56,386 nt of DNA from an uncultured Flavobacteriales bacterium (GTDB lineage Bacteria > Bacteroidota > Bacteroidia > Flavobacteriales_C > GCA-002722245), in assembly GCA_905182585.1 (NCBI GenBank), contig CAJJCC010000028.1, forward strand, positions 1 through 56,386, given 5' to 3'. Positions 17,681 to 27,866 of the stretch are shown one piece after another (position 1 is the first letter of the stretch; each line of letters starts with the position of its first letter). The position numbers and the translations under genes are program-made. The notes beneath the pieces are model-generated. The model did not search any database and was not told where the DNA came from. It was given only the letters and a program-made list of their open reading frames with translations.

Positions 17681-19026
17681 CCTACTAGTTCTTTACAGAT
17701 ATAAAAATATATAAATAGTCCAAAAATATCATTTGCAGTTGTGATAAAAGGCCCAGTAGCCAGGGCGGGATCTATCTTTATTTTATGAAAAGCAAGCGGG
17801 ATCCAAGTTCCAAATATAGCAGCGAAAATGATAACGCATACTAGAGAGATACTAATTGCTAGGCTAAAATCAAGACTTAGGTCCATAGCTAGGTTTACAG
17901 TCAGAAGTATTACTCCACAAAGTAATCCGTTTACAATACCAACACCAAATTCCTTCATTAGTTTTGCGGCAATTGAGCCTGAAAGGGTTTGATTAGCAAT
18001 ACCCTGAACAACGATAGCAGAGGATTGAATTCCTACGTTCCCACCCATTGCTACTATTAATGGTATAAATGCCATTAAAGCGGGATTTGCATCTTGATCG
18101 AAAATCCCAATTACTTTTGCTCCTAAAATCCCACCAATCATTCCAACCAATAGCCAAGGGAATCTTGCCCGAGTAAGTTGCCATACCGTATCGGATGATT
18201 CTACATCTTCAGAAATCCCAGAAAGCATTTGATAATCTTTCTCTGCTTCCTCAACAATGACATCAACTACATCATCAATTGTAATTCGACCTAGAAGCTG
18301 GTTTATTTCATTAATTACAGGGAGGACAACTAAATCGTATTTGTCCATTATTCTAGAGACTTCCTTGCGGTCTACATCCGATTTAACGGATATAATATCA
18401 GTTTTGGAAATGTCTCGAATCATAGTTTGAGGCGAGCTCAATATTAATTTCTTAAGTGAAGTAATACCAATCAATTTTTCATATTCATCCACAACATAAA
18501 CAGTGTGCACTTCTTCTATTTCTTCGGCTTGTTTTCTTAATTCAACGACACATTCACTAACATTCCAATGGTCTTTAACCTTTACAAGCTCTTTAGCCAT
18601 TAATCCACCAGCTGAATCTTCATCGTAGGTTAAAAGATCAAGGATGTCCTGTGCGTGTTCTGTATTCTTAATTGCTTTTATAACATTGGACTGTTTCTCC
18701 AATGGTAACTCGGCTATTAAATCGGCAGCATCATCCGAATCCATTTTGTTTACAACAGACTCTGCAATTTCAACTGCGGGTAAAAGTTCTAGTAATTTAC
18801 CTCTTTCTTCAGGACCTATTTCTGCTACAACATCGGATCGGACGTCCTCGCTAAGAAGACGAATTAATGCAACTGCATATTCTTCAGGAACATTACTAAT
18901 AACTTCGGCGATATCAGCCACATGCATGGGCTGAAGCTTGGCAATTATTTGCTCAATCTTGCCGTTATCTAGGCGTTTTGGTAGCTTTTCGATAAATAGT
19001 TTTATGAAGTCTTGCTGTCTTCCCAC
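17677..19026 (-). CDS. mgtE: Magnesium transporter MgtE
   Basis: MgtE-N plus CBS pair (SAGGLM, LGRITIDD), ARFPWLL, MGGNVGIQS, IDPALATGPFITT.NDIFG; GTG start. Confidence 0.95.
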   Translation of the reverse strand: MGRQQDFIKLFIEKLPKRLDNGKIEQIIAKLQPMHVADIAEVISNVPEEYAVALIRLLSEDVRSDVVAEIGPEERGKLLELLPAVEIAESVVNKMDSDDAADLIAELPLEKQSNVIKAIKNTEHAQDILDLLTYDEDSAGGLMAKELVKVKDHWNVSECVVELRKQAEEIEEVHTVYVVDEYEKLIGITSLKKLILSSPQTMIRDISKTDIISVKSDVDRKEVSRIMDKYDLVVLPVINEINQLLGRITIDDVVDVIVEEAEKDYQMLSGISEDVESSDTVWQLTRARFPWLLVGMIGGILGAKVIGIFDQDANPALMAFIPLIVAMGGNVGIQSSAIVVQGIANQTLSGSIAAKLMKEFGVGIVNGLLCGVILLTVNLAMDLSLDFSLAISISLVCVIIFAAIFGTWIPLAFHKIKIDPALATGPFITTANDIFGLFIYFYICKELVG

Positions 19027-19031
19027 AGGTA

Positions 19032-19039
19032 CAAAAGTA
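19032..19039 (-). promoter_or_regulatory. -7 promoter box TACTTTTG for mgtE (near-leaderless)
   Basis: Exact TAnnTTTG match 5 nt from the GTG start. Confidence 0.6.
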
Positions 19040-19063
19040 AGGTTTTGAAAAGGTTATTAAAAT

Positions 19064-19097
19064 AAAAAAGCAGTTTGATCGGAATCAAACTGCTTTT
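19064..19097 (-). terminator. Intrinsic terminator after the 19115-20098 gene
   Basis: AAAAGCAGTTTGAT-CGGA-ATCAAACTGCTTTT; U tract on the minus strand. Confidence 0.85.
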
Positions 19098-19114
19098 AAT
19101 AATTTAATTAAAGC

Positions 19115-20098
19115 TTATTTTAAAGAAAAAGTTTCTACTAAAATCATGTCAGTTTCAGAGTAAACCTGAACCTTGTAATTTCCTTCCTCAAATTCTTTTC
19201 CACCAACTTTTTCTCCATAAAGAATAACGTCGGTAGTTTCGTTTTGATAATTAATTGTTTCTTTTGCAGTATATAACAGTTTTTCATTTTTGTATTGGAA
19301 TTCACTTCCACCATCTGAAATAACTCTGTCATTAGGATCAAAAACTCTTAAATATAAGTTTAAGTTTCCAGCAGCTGCCAATTCGTTTTTACCAATTGTA
19401 AAAGCAATTCTGATTTTATCAGCTCTTCTAGCTCTGTTTGTAGATTTTTCTTCTCCGTTTCTTCTTAACTTGATTCCTTCTGCGATCTTTTCAAAGGTTT
19501 GTAAACGTTTTCCAAGTTTAACCTTTCCTTCTAATGATTGGTTTACATCAGATAACTCAGCGTTGGATTTATTTGCTCCATTTAAATCAACACCTAATTT
19601 TGTGTTCTCCTGTTTTAACCTAGCGTTTTCAGAAATTAAAGCTTGATTTTTAGCCTTTAATTTAGAAACTTCAGATCTTAATAAGTACACATCCGTTTTT
19701 AGTTTAGCATATAAAGCTTTAAACTGCGAGAAATTTTTAGCTTGACCATCAGTCTCTGCTAGTAATTGTTGGATTTGATCTCTTAATTTATTAATTGAAG
19801 CTTCTTTTTCAATTTTGTAAGCTTGAATTTCTGCAATTCCTTCACCTAATAAGTTTGAGTCTAAACCTTGTATATCGATGGATTTTAATAGTTGTTCAGC
19901 TTTATTAATATCGCGAGTTAATCTTTTAAATCGGTCTTCTGCAGAAGTAGACTTTCTTTGTAAAGTGTCTATTTCATCTGCTTTGTCGACAAAAGCGACT
20001 TTTGCTAAAAATCCAGCAGAACCGGTTAAAATACCAATAGAAACCAGTAAAAATATTACAAGTTTTTTTCCCTTACTTTTCTTTTGTTGCTCGCTCAT
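19115..20098 (-). CDS. Hypothetical membrane-anchored coiled-coil protein with beta-rich C-terminal domain
   Basis: N-terminal basic residues plus TM, long heptad region, C-terminal RARRADKIRIAF...LYLRVFDP...GNYKVQVY. TATATTTG box at 20126-20133 upstream. Confidence 0.7.
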   Translation of the reverse strand: MSEQQKKSKGKKLVIFLLVSIGILTGSAGFLAKVAFVDKADEIDTLQRKSTSAEDRFKRLTRDINKAEQLLKSIDIQGLDSNLLGEGIAEIQAYKIEKEASINKLRDQIQQLLAETDGQAKNFSQFKALYAKLKTDVYLLRSEVSKLKAKNQALISENARLKQENTKLGVDLNGANKSNAELSDVNQSLEGKVKLGKRLQTFEKIAEGIKLRRNGEEKSTNRARRADKIRIAFTIGKNELAAAGNLNLYLRVFDPNDRVISDGGSEFQYKNEKLLYTAKETINYQNETTDVILYGEKVGGKEFEEGNYKVQVYSETDMILVETFSLK

Positions 20099-20168
20099 AA
20101 TTCTCTTCGAATTCTAATTTACGAGCAAATATACTTTATTTTTGGTTATTTTTTAATTTCTGTCATTT

Positions 20169-20855
20169 TTGAATTTTTTTAGTAAACTACTTTCTCTTTT
20201 TTATCCTTTAAATTGTTTGTGCTGTAAAAGCAGTTTACACAAAGGGGAAACGCACTTTTGTATGAGCTGTGAAGCCAACTTTTCGGAAAATATTGAACCG
20301 TTAAATAACAAAAGCAGTATTGCTCAATTGTTTTGGGGTAAAGCGAATGTGACCTTTTCTGGCGCACCTTTCAATTTTTTAAAACAAGAAAAGTTACAGC
20401 AGATTATTCATGAATTTAAATATGGAGGAAACTCCAATTTAGCTAAATACATGGGTGGTTATTTAGGTGTGAAAATTAAAGGTGTTAGCGAATTGGCAGA
20501 TGTTGATTGTGTTAGTTTTGTTCCAATGCATCCTAAGAAAATTAAAAAACGTGGATATAATCAAGCTGAAGAATTAGCTTTTGGCGTGGCCAAGAAATTA
20601 AATGTGCAAAATCAATGTGTGTTAAAACGGTTGGTGGAGTCGGCTTCTCAAACGGAGAAAGGAGTATACGAGCGTTATGAAAATATGGATGCTAATTTCA
20701 CAGCGTTACACGGATTTGAAGGAAAGCACATTTTATTAGTAGATGATGTTTTAACAACAGGAGCGACTTTGATTGCTTGTATTAATGCAATTAAGGAAAA
20801 GTATGATGTTAAAGTTAGTATTGTTTGTTTAGCCTTTAGAGCAGTTGAGCGTTAG
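20169..20855 (+). CDS. comF: ComF family phosphoribosyltransferase-domain protein
   Basis: CLCC/CMSC zinc ribbon, IHEFKY, VPMH...RGYNQ, LLVDDVLTTGATL. Confidence 0.88.
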   Translation: MNFFSKLLSLFYPLNCLCCKSSLHKGETHFCMSCEANFSENIEPLNNKSSIAQLFWGKANVTFSGAPFNFLKQEKLQQIIHEFKYGGNSNLAKYMGGYLGVKIKGVSELADVDCVSFVPMHPKKIKKRGYNQAEELAFGVAKKLNVQNQCVLKRLVESASQTEKGVYERYENMDANFTALHGFEGKHILLVDDVLTTGATLIACINAIKEKYDVKVSIVCLAFRAVER

Positions 20856-21232
20856 AATCCGCACTTTTCCTTACCTTTTACAAAAAGGAAAAATATTAAG
20901 GCTAAAACCATTCCTACTAAATCTGCCAAGATATCATAAAGATCAAAATTTCTTCTTGGTATTACATAATGCTGTAGCAACTCAGTTGTGATCGTTAATG
21001 CAGTGGCAATTACGATTACATATTTAACGGCATCATAATGTAGTTTTGGGAATTGGCTCTGTTTTGCAAATCCAACCATTGCGCTAAATGAGAAGCAAAA
21101 AAAGAAAAGAATGTGAATTGCCTTGTCTAGGTTTTGGGTAGCAATATCTGGGAGATTACTTCCGGGTAATAAACAACCCAGAAGTATTAACCCCAAAAAA
21201 AATAAAGTGAAAGTGTTATGCTTTAAAAACAT
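20852..21232 (-). CDS. VanZ-like membrane protein
   Basis: DKAIH, TELLQ..IPRRNFDLYDILADLVG motifs; four TM segments. Confidence 0.8.
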   Translation of the reverse strand: MFLKHNTFTLFFLGLILLGCLLPGSNLPDIATQNLDKAIHILFFFCFSFSAMVGFAKQSQFPKLHYDAVKYVIVIATALTITTELLQHYVIPRRNFDLYDILADLVGMVLALIFFLFVKGKEKCGF

Positions 21233-22980
21233 TATGCTTTGAGCTTAATGTTTAATTCGTTTAATTGATCATTGTCAATAGGAGCAGGAGAGTTAATCAT
21301 AACGTCTCTTCCGGAGTTGTTTTTTGGAAAGGCAATGAAGTCTCTAATACTATCTTGTCCACCTAGCATGGCACAAAAACGATCAAATCCAAACGCTAAT
21401 CCACCATGGGGAGGAGCTCCAAATTCAAACGCGTTCATTAGGAATCCAAATTGTTCTTTTGCTTCATTTTCGGTAAAGCCTAAAAGATCAAACATTCTTT
21501 TTTGAAGTTGCTTGTCAAAAATTCTAATCGAACCTCCACCTAACTCCACACCATTCATGCAAAGATCATAGGCATTTGCTCTAACTTCTCCAGGAGCAGA
21601 ATCCATTAACTGGAAATCTTCTTCTTTTGGAGATGTGAAAGGATGATGCATGGCATGGAATCTTTCTGACTCTTCATCCCACTCTAATAATGGAAAATCT
21701 ACAACCCATAAAGGTTTGAATACTTTAGGATTTCTTAAACCAAGTTCGTTACCCATATGTAAACGAAGTTCGTTCATTTGACTTCTTACTTTGTTTGTGT
21801 CTCCAGCAAGTACTAATAATAAATCTCCAGGTTTAGCATTGGCTTTATCTGCCCATGCTTTTAATCCTTCTTGGTCGAAGAATTTATCTACAGATGATTT
21901 AAAAGTTCCGTCTTCATTACATTTAACGTATACAACTCCGTTAGCTCCAACTTGTGGACGTCTAACAAAATCGGTAATTTTGTCTAATGACTTTCTTGTA
22001 TAAGTAGCGGCGTCTTCAACGTTTATTCCTAAAACTAATTCAACATCGTCAAATACTTTGAATCCTTTGTTTTGAGCAACATTATTTAACTCTACGAATT
22101 CCATTCCAAATCTAATATCTGGTTTGTCACTTCCGTAAAGTCTCATTGCTTCAGCGTAGGTCATTCTAGGGAATGCTGATAATTCTACACCCAATACCGA
22201 TTTGAATAAATGAGTTGCTAATCCTTCAAACGTTTGCATAACGTCTTCCTGAGAGACAAACGACATTTCACAGTCAATTTGTGTGAATTCTGGCTGACGA
22301 TCGGCTCTTAAATCCTCATCTCTAAAACATTTTACAATTTGATAATACTTATCTATTCCACCAACCATTAATAGTTGCTTAAATGTTTGAGGAGATTGAG
22401 GTAATGCGTAAAATTCACCTTGGTTCATTCTTGAGGGAACAACAAAATCTCGAGCTCCTTCAGGAGTAGATTTGATTAAATAAGGCGTTTCAACTTCAAG
22501 AAAATCTTGTTGATCTAAATACTTTCTAGTTTCAATCGAAACTTTGTTTCTTAGTTCAAGATTTCTTCTAACTGGACTTCTTCGAATGTCTAAATAACGA
22601 TATTTCATTCTTAACTCTTCACCACCATCTGTTTCATCTTCAATAGTAAAGGGAGGAGTTAATGCTTCGTTTAAAACAGTAATTGTATCAATTTTTATTT
22701 CAATTGCACCTGTTTCGATTTTATTGGTTTTGGATAATCGCTCGATAACCTCACCTGTTGCCGTGATTACATATTCACGACCTAGTTTTTTAGCTGTTTC
22801 CATTGCTTCTCTCGAAGAAACCTCATCTTCCAACGCAAGTTGAGTAATTCCGTATCGATCACGAAGGTCAACCCAAATCATTCCACCTTTATTTCTAACT
22901 TTCTGAACCCAACCACTTAACGTAATTTGTTCATGAACGTTTTCTAATCTTAATTCTCCGCAGTTGTGTGACCTATACAT
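21232..22980 (-). CDS. aspS: Aspartate--tRNA ligase
   Basis: [65 protein letters not shown] box at 23004-23011. Confidence 0.98.
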   Translation of the reverse strand: MYRSHNCGELRLENVHEQITLSGWVQKVRNKGGMIWVDLRDRYGITQLALEDEVSSREAMETAKKLGREYVITATGEVIERLSKTNKIETGAIEIKIDTITVLNEALTPPFTIEDETDGGEELRMKYRYLDIRRSPVRRNLELRNKVSIETRKYLDQQDFLEVETPYLIKSTPEGARDFVVPSRMNQGEFYALPQSPQTFKQLLMVGGIDKYYQIVKCFRDEDLRADRQPEFTQIDCEMSFVSQEDVMQTFEGLATHLFKSVLGVELSAFPRMTYAEAMRLYGSDKPDIRFGMEFVELNNVAQNKGFKVFDDVELVLGINVEDAATYTRKSLDKITDFVRRPQVGANGVVYVKCNEDGTFKSSVDKFFDQEGLKAWADKANAKPGDLLLVLAGDTNKVRSQMNELRLHMGNELGLRNPKVFKPLWVVDFPLLEWDEESERFHAMHHPFTSPKEEDFQLMDSAPGEVRANAYDLCMNGVELGGGSIRIFDKQLQKRMFDLLGFTENEAKEQFGFLMNAFEFGAPPHGGLAFGFDRFCAMLGGQDSIRDFIAFPKNNSGRDVMINSPAPIDNDQLNELNIKLKA

Positions 22981-23110
22981 AATCGTAAATTGAAATTACC
23001 ATACAAAAGTAGACAAATTCGCTTGTTCCTCACTAGCTAAAAGTAATAAGGAAGAGAATAATATTAAACTTTTTAATTCGGTAGATATAAAAAGGACTCT
23101 TTTCTTGTTC

Positions 23111-23118
23111 TATCTTTG
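23111..23118 (+). promoter_or_regulatory. -7 promoter box TATCTTTG for tadA (likely leaderless mRNA)
   Basis: Exact TAnnTTTG match 4 nt before ATG 23123. Confidence 0.6.
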
Positions 23119-23122
23119 AATT

Positions 23123-23575
23123 ATGAGCTTATCTGTTTTTAGTGATGATCATTTTATGAAACTGGCAATTCAAGAAGCGCAAAAAGCTTTTGATGCTGAT
23201 GAAGTGCCTGTTGGAGCGGTAATTGTTTGTGATAATCAAATTATTGCTAAAGCTCATAATTTAACAGAAACCTTAAATGATGTTACCGCTCATGCAGAAA
23301 TGCAGGCGTTTACAATGGCTGCAAATTATTTAGGAGGTAAGTTTTTAGATCAGTGCACTTTGTATGTAACATTGGAGCCTTGTACGATGTGTGCAGGAGC
23401 AAGTTATTGGACACGTTTAAAACGTATTGTGATAGGAGCTTCTGATGAATCTAGAGGTTTTAGAAGTTTTAACGAAAACATGTTGCATCCTAAGACGGTT
23501 ACGGAATGGGGGTTGATGGAAGAAGCTTCTTCTCGGTTACTAAAAGAATTTTTTCAAAAAAAGAGAGCAATATAA
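23123..23575 (+). CDS. tadA: tRNA-specific adenosine deaminase
   Basis: EVPVGAV, AHAE, TLEPCTMC zinc-deaminase motifs; C-terminal FFQKKR. Confidence 0.88.
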   Translation: MSLSVFSDDHFMKLAIQEAQKAFDADEVPVGAVIVCDNQIIAKAHNLTETLNDVTAHAEMQAFTMAANYLGGKFLDQCTLYVTLEPCTMCAGASYWTRLKRIVIGASDESRGFRSFNENMLHPKTVTEWGLMEEASSRLLKEFFQKKRAI

Positions 23576-23587
23576 TTCATAATTGCT

Positions 23588-23631
23588 AAAGTGACAAACC
23601 CTAATGTGGTAATATTAGAGTTCGTTACTTT
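23588..23631. terminator. Imperfect 20-bp hairpin between convergent genes
   Basis: AAAGTGACAAACCCTAATGT-GGTA-ATATTAGAGTTCGTTACTTT. Confidence 0.5.
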
Positions 23632-23644
23632 TAAGATGTGCTTT

Positions 23645-24490
23645 TTATCCAAGCATTTTTAATTGTTGTACTTCAGTTGCAGATAGTTCTCTGTATTCAC
23701 TTCTTGTTAGTTTCTTTTTTGTTATTCCAGCAAATGAAACTCGATCTAGTTTAATTATTTTATAGCCTAATTCTCCAAATATCTTTTCAAGAGCATTCCC
23801 TTTATTATTGAAAATTTCGATTCCAATATTATTACGAGAACCTTTTAAATATGAAACTGCTTCTGCTTTTACCCAAGTTCCCGTGGCCATTCTAAAACCT
23901 TCTGTAATTTTATCAGAGTCTTCTTGAGACAGAGGTTTATCAATCTCTAATTGATAAATCTTTTGAAATTCATGTTTTGGATTTGTTAATTTTAAACACA
24001 AATCATGATCGTTCGATAAAATCATAATCCCTGTAGAGTGTCTATCTAACTTTCCAATAGGTGTTAAAATATATCTACAAGCTTTAGCTAATAACCTTCC
24101 GACAGTACGGTCCTTTAACGGATTGTCGGTTGCTGAACTAAAGTTTTTGGGTTTGTTAATTGCGAAATAAAATAAGTCTCCATGGGAAAGGGTGTCACCT
24201 TCATATTTAACAACATCGGTAGGTTGTACTTTGTAACCCATTTCTGTGATTATACGACCATTTACGGTGATAGCACCAATGGTGATTAATTCATCAGCAT
24301 CTCTACGTGAACAAACTCCAGCGTGAGCAATGTATTTGTTTAAACGGGTTGAACCGTCACCTATATTGGCTTCTTTCGAGTCTAATCTTTTTCTCGGCCC
24401 TCCACCTCGTCTTGTATCTTTTCCAAATCTTACCGCAGCTGGTTCAAAATTTCTTTTCTTACTTCCTCCGGTTTTCTTTTTATTCGCCAT
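23645..24490 (-). CDS. RsuA/RluB/RluF-family pseudouridine synthase with S4 domain
   Basis: RLNKYIAHAGVCSRRDAD S4 domain, NKP, PIGKLDRHSTG catalytic-Asp motif, KLDRVSFAG. Start revised to ATG 24490, 7 nt from the TATCTTTG box at 24498-24505. Confidence 0.88.
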   Translation of the reverse strand: MANKKKTGGSKKRNFEPAAVRFGKDTRRGGGPRKRLDSKEANIGDGSTRLNKYIAHAGVCSRRDADELITIGAITVNGRIITEMGYKVQPTDVVKYEGDTLSHGDLFYFAINKPKNFSSATDNPLKDRTVGRLLAKACRYILTPIGKLDRHSTGIMILSNDHDLCLKLTNPKHEFQKIYQLEIDKPLSQEDSDKITEGFRMATGTWVKAEAVSYLKGSRNNIGIEIFNNKGNALEKIFGELGYKIIKLDRVSFAGITKKKLTRSEYRELSATEVQQLKMLG

Positions 24491-24532
24491 AACTCTGCAA
24501 AGATAGTGCTTATTAACAATAGGACACAAAAC

Positions 24533-24567
24533 AAAAAAAGTGATTGGAATATCCTCCAATCACTTTT
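24533..24567 (-). terminator. Intrinsic terminator after the beta-barrel gene
   Basis: AAAAGTGATTGGA-ATATCC-TCCAATCACTTTT; U7 tract on the minus strand. Confidence 0.85.
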
Positions 24568-24587
24568 AAGAAAAAATTATTTTACGC

Positions 24588-25223
24588 CTAAAAGGCGTAT
24601 CCAAAATTCAACACAAATGGAACTTTAAATCCTTGGTAACCTTTGATCTCTTCGATTCCTAAATCTGCTCCTTCACCATTGAAATCCCATTTTTTAGCTT
24701 GATAACCAAAACCTGTAAATACATCAAAGGAGAAACCACCTTTTGATATGAATTGGTAACCCAATGCAGCACTTACAATTTGATTGGTGGCTATTATGTA
24801 ATCATCTGAATCTTCTTTTGAAGATAGTTTTGACATGGAATAACTAAAGTGAGGACCTATGTAAAAGCCTTTTGGTGCAGTTCCTGATACATAGTACTTA
24901 TATAACCCTTGAATTTTAACACCTCTATTACTTACAAGGTCTCTTACTTGATTACCTTCTTCATCTTCAATACTTCCAAGAGCAGACCAACCTAAATACC
25001 CTCCAGCTAACATACCAGCATGGTGTCCTTGTCCGTATTCAACGGCTAATCTTGGTAACTCCGCTGTTAATGGAATAACAGGTCCTAGCCATATACCACT
25101 CCCGAGTGATGACATTGGGTTTGTTTTAATAACAAAATTTTTTTGTTCGTCTTGAGCTTTACTTTGATTACTGAAGAGTAAAAATGATGAAGCAAGCAAA
25201 ATTGATAATGTAATTTTTTTCAT
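24588..25223 (-). CDS. Outer-membrane beta-barrel protein (DUF3575-like)
   Basis: Signal peptide MKKITLSILL..AQ, IKTNP, KGFYIGP, LGYQF, terminal FGYAF BAM signal. Start revised to ATG 25223. Confidence 0.75.
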   Translation of the reverse strand: MKKITLSILLASSFLLFSNQSKAQDEQKNFVIKTNPMSSLGSGIWLGPVIPLTAELPRLAVEYGQGHHAGMLAGGYLGWSALGSIEDEEGNQVRDLVSNRGVKIQGLYKYYVSGTAPKGFYIGPHFSYSMSKLSSKEDSDDYIIATNQIVSAALGYQFISKGGFSFDVFTGFGYQAKKWDFNGEGADLGIEEIKGYQGFKVPFVLNFGYAF

Positions 25224-25267
25224 AATAAATTTAGTTTTGCAATGTCTTAACATTTCTTATGCCAAAA

Positions 25268-26188
25268 TTATTTTAAGAATTCGATATTTCGTTTTAACCC
25301 TTTTAATTTTGTTCTGCTAATTGCACTTTTCGAAAATACTTTTTTATAGGTTATTTCAGATATGTTTACCCAATCTTTCTTTGTCATGAATAATAAATCA
25401 GGATGTGGATCGAAAAGTGGTTGGTTGTGTGGACTCGAAAATTTATTCCAAGGGCAAACATCTTGACAAATATCACAACCAAACATCCAATCGTCAAACT
25501 TTCCTTTTACGTCATTTGGAATAGCATCCTTAAGTTCAATTGTGAAGTAAGAAATACATTTTGATCCATCTACAACCATCGGTTCAGTAATTGCATCGGT
25601 AGGACATTCATCTATGCAGGCCGTACAAGTTCCGCAATGATCAGTAGTGATATTATCAACAGGTAATTCCAAATCAAGAATTAATTGAGCTACAAAGTAA
25701 AAACTACCGGATTGTTTATTAATTAAGTTTCCATTTTTACCAATCCAACCTAATCCACTTTTTTTGGCCCAAGCTCTTTCTAAAATTGGAGCGGAATCAA
25801 TAAAACCTCTTCCTGCTACAGCACCTATTTCTGTATTAATAAAATCTTGGAGTTGGTTTAGTTTTTTTCGAATTACTAAATGATAATCTGTTCCGTAAGC
25901 ATATTTAGAGAGCTTATAACTATCTGAGTTTTGTGTTTCGGAAGGGTAATAATTAATTAAAAATGAAACAACCGTTTTGGCATCATTAATTAATAAACGA
26001 GGATCTAATCGTTTATCGAAATGATTCTCCATATATTTCATTTCACCGTGGCTATTATTGTTCAGCCATTGTTCTAATCTTGGAGCGTCCTCTTCTAAAA
26101 AATCAGCTTTGGAAAAACCAACGAAATCAAAACCCAATCGCTGAGCTTCATTTTTGATGATTGCTTTATTTTTTTCAGCTAAACTCAA
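25268..26188 (-). CDS. queG: Epoxyqueuosine reductase
   Basis: [55 protein letters not shown]. Confidence 0.95.
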   Translation of the reverse strand: MSLAEKNKAIIKNEAQRLGFDFVGFSKADFLEEDAPRLEQWLNNNSHGEMKYMENHFDKRLDPRLLINDAKTVVSFLINYYPSETQNSDSYKLSKYAYGTDYHLVIRKKLNQLQDFINTEIGAVAGRGFIDSAPILERAWAKKSGLGWIGKNGNLINKQSGSFYFVAQLILDLELPVDNITTDHCGTCTACIDECPTDAITEPMVVDGSKCISYFTIELKDAIPNDVKGKFDDWMFGCDICQDVCPWNKFSSPHNQPLFDPHPDLLFMTKKDWVNISEITYKKVFSKSAISRTKLKGLKRNIEFLK

Positions 26189-27510
26189 AACTGCATGTAA
26201 ATAAAATCAGTTCCAGCGTTGAAGTTTCCGAATAGGAAAATACCTAGCGTGATAATAACAATGTAAAAGACTGAAGCTTTTTCCAATCTGCTAACGAATT
26301 CTAATCGTTTTTCAAACAAAAAGAAAAGTAGTACTAGACTACCGAGTAGTAATAGTCTGAATTGTTGTTCTAAATAACCACCATTACCTAAAATAGCGAT
26401 AACGTCCGAGGTCCAAATAAAACTCCAATTCTCTGCGGAAAAAATTTGTTTTAAATAGTGGAGTGAGTTCCCCCAGTATTTGGCGTTAAAAAATAAATTG
26501 GCAAAACTAACTAACGATATGGTTAAAGTCCAACCTAGGAAATTGGGGAGTTTTATGTTTTTACGTTTCCCTAAGTATTCAATAATCAGATACAATGCAT
26601 TTAATCCACCCCAAATAACAAATCCTATGTGTTTCCCGTGCCATATACCACTAAGTAAGAACGTGATGAATATTCCGAAAACTGCCGCTTTAACAGGTGA
26701 CTTTCGCCACTTGAAAGTGAAGTAGTAAAAGAAGTTTTGCGTAAACCAATCGATTAATGAGATGTGTGTTTTTCGCCAATACTCAGAAATTGATTTTGAA
26801 CGGATGGGTAGTTTAAAGTTTTCCTTGAGTTTTATGTTGAATAACCTTGCGACACCTAAAGCAATATCTGTGTAAGCACTGAAATTTAAATACATTTCGA
26901 GTGTAAAAACAAAGCAAGAAATAATGATTGTAATTGCTTTAAAATCGGATTCAGGATGCTCGAATACGGTATTACTAATTGTAGATAAATGATCAGCAAG
27001 TACTAATTTTTTAAACAATCCAAACAGAACTCTATTGATTCCGTAATAGATGTTAGATGAGTTTAAGACCTGATCGGGATTTAAGGCTTTAATTTCCTTC
27101 GGTAATAAAATCGGACCTGATATGAATTTTGCGAAAAAAGCATTTCCAAAAAGTAGGTCTCTAAATTTAAAACCCTGAGGTTTACTTCGTACGGAAAGTA
27201 ATAAAACTCCAATGTTTTGTAATCCATAATAAGATAAACCTAGTTTGAAAAGAAGTATGTTTTCTAAAAAGTAATTAGCCAGTATTAGAACGCCTAATTG
27301 TAGCGATATACCCAGCCAAGCTTTTCGTTTTGAAAATTGACAGTAATAAGTAATAAATGTTAGCGTGATTAATACAAGTCCAGCAACTGGACTCATCATC
27401 CATATAAATGCTAAAGAAATACAGGTTAGAACATCTTTTGGAGAAAAGGTGGATTTGTAAAAAGCTGTAAGACCAATTGCAAATAACATTATGTAGACTA
27501 ACCATTCCAA
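26185..27510 (-). CDS. MBOAT family O-acyltransferase (DltB/AlgI-like)
   Basis: [48 protein letters not shown] catalytic His, terminal FIYMQF. Confidence 0.9.
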   Translation of the reverse strand: MEWLVYIMLFAIGLTAFYKSTFSPKDVLTCISLAFIWMMSPVAGLVLITLTFITYYCQFSKRKAWLGISLQLGVLILANYFLENILLFKLGLSYYGLQNIGVLLLSVRSKPQGFKFRDLLFGNAFFAKFISGPILLPKEIKALNPDQVLNSSNIYYGINRVLFGLFKKLVLADHLSTISNTVFEHPESDFKAITIIISCFVFTLEMYLNFSAYTDIALGVARLFNIKLKENFKLPIRSKSISEYWRKTHISLIDWFTQNFFYYFTFKWRKSPVKAAVFGIFITFLLSGIWHGKHIGFVIWGGLNALYLIIEYLGKRKNIKLPNFLGWTLTISLVSFANLFFNAKYWGNSLHYLKQIFSAENWSFIWTSDVIAILGNGGYLEQQFRLLLLGSLVLLFFLFEKRLEFVSRLEKASVFYIVIITLGIFLFGNFNAGTDFIYMQF

Positions 27511-27542
27511 GTATTCAAAGTTAAGGAAAGAAGTTTTAGTAT

Positions 27543-27797
27543 TTAATTTGCTTTTTTATTGGCTATACTTTTAATTAGTTCCCCTACATTTTCAAAGTCC
27601 ATTACCTCATAAAAGTCAAATGTAATTTCAAATTCTTTTTCAATTTCTGCAATTAAGCTCATATGATTTAGGGAATCCCAACTTTCTATATCTTCTGTAG
27701 TGGTTGTTTTGGAGATAGCAAGTGCTTCGTTTTTAAAAAATGATTTAAAAACTTTCTCAAGTTGAATTGAAATGTTGTGGCTTAAGTGATCACTCAT
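27543..27797 (-). CDS. Acyl carrier protein (WDSL type)
   Basis: 84 aa acidic protein with phosphopantetheine motif WDSLNHMSLI..IEKEF. TATTTTTG box at 27823-27830 upstream. Confidence 0.9.
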   Translation of the reverse strand: MSDHLSHNISIQLEKVFKSFFKNEALAISKTTTTEDIESWDSLNHMSLIAEIEKEFEITFDFYEVMDFENVGELIKSIANKKAN

Positions 27798-27866
27798 TTG
27801 TTAAAAGAAGTTAATACAAATACAAAAATACAATTATGTGCGTTAATGAATACAAATAAGTTCTTT

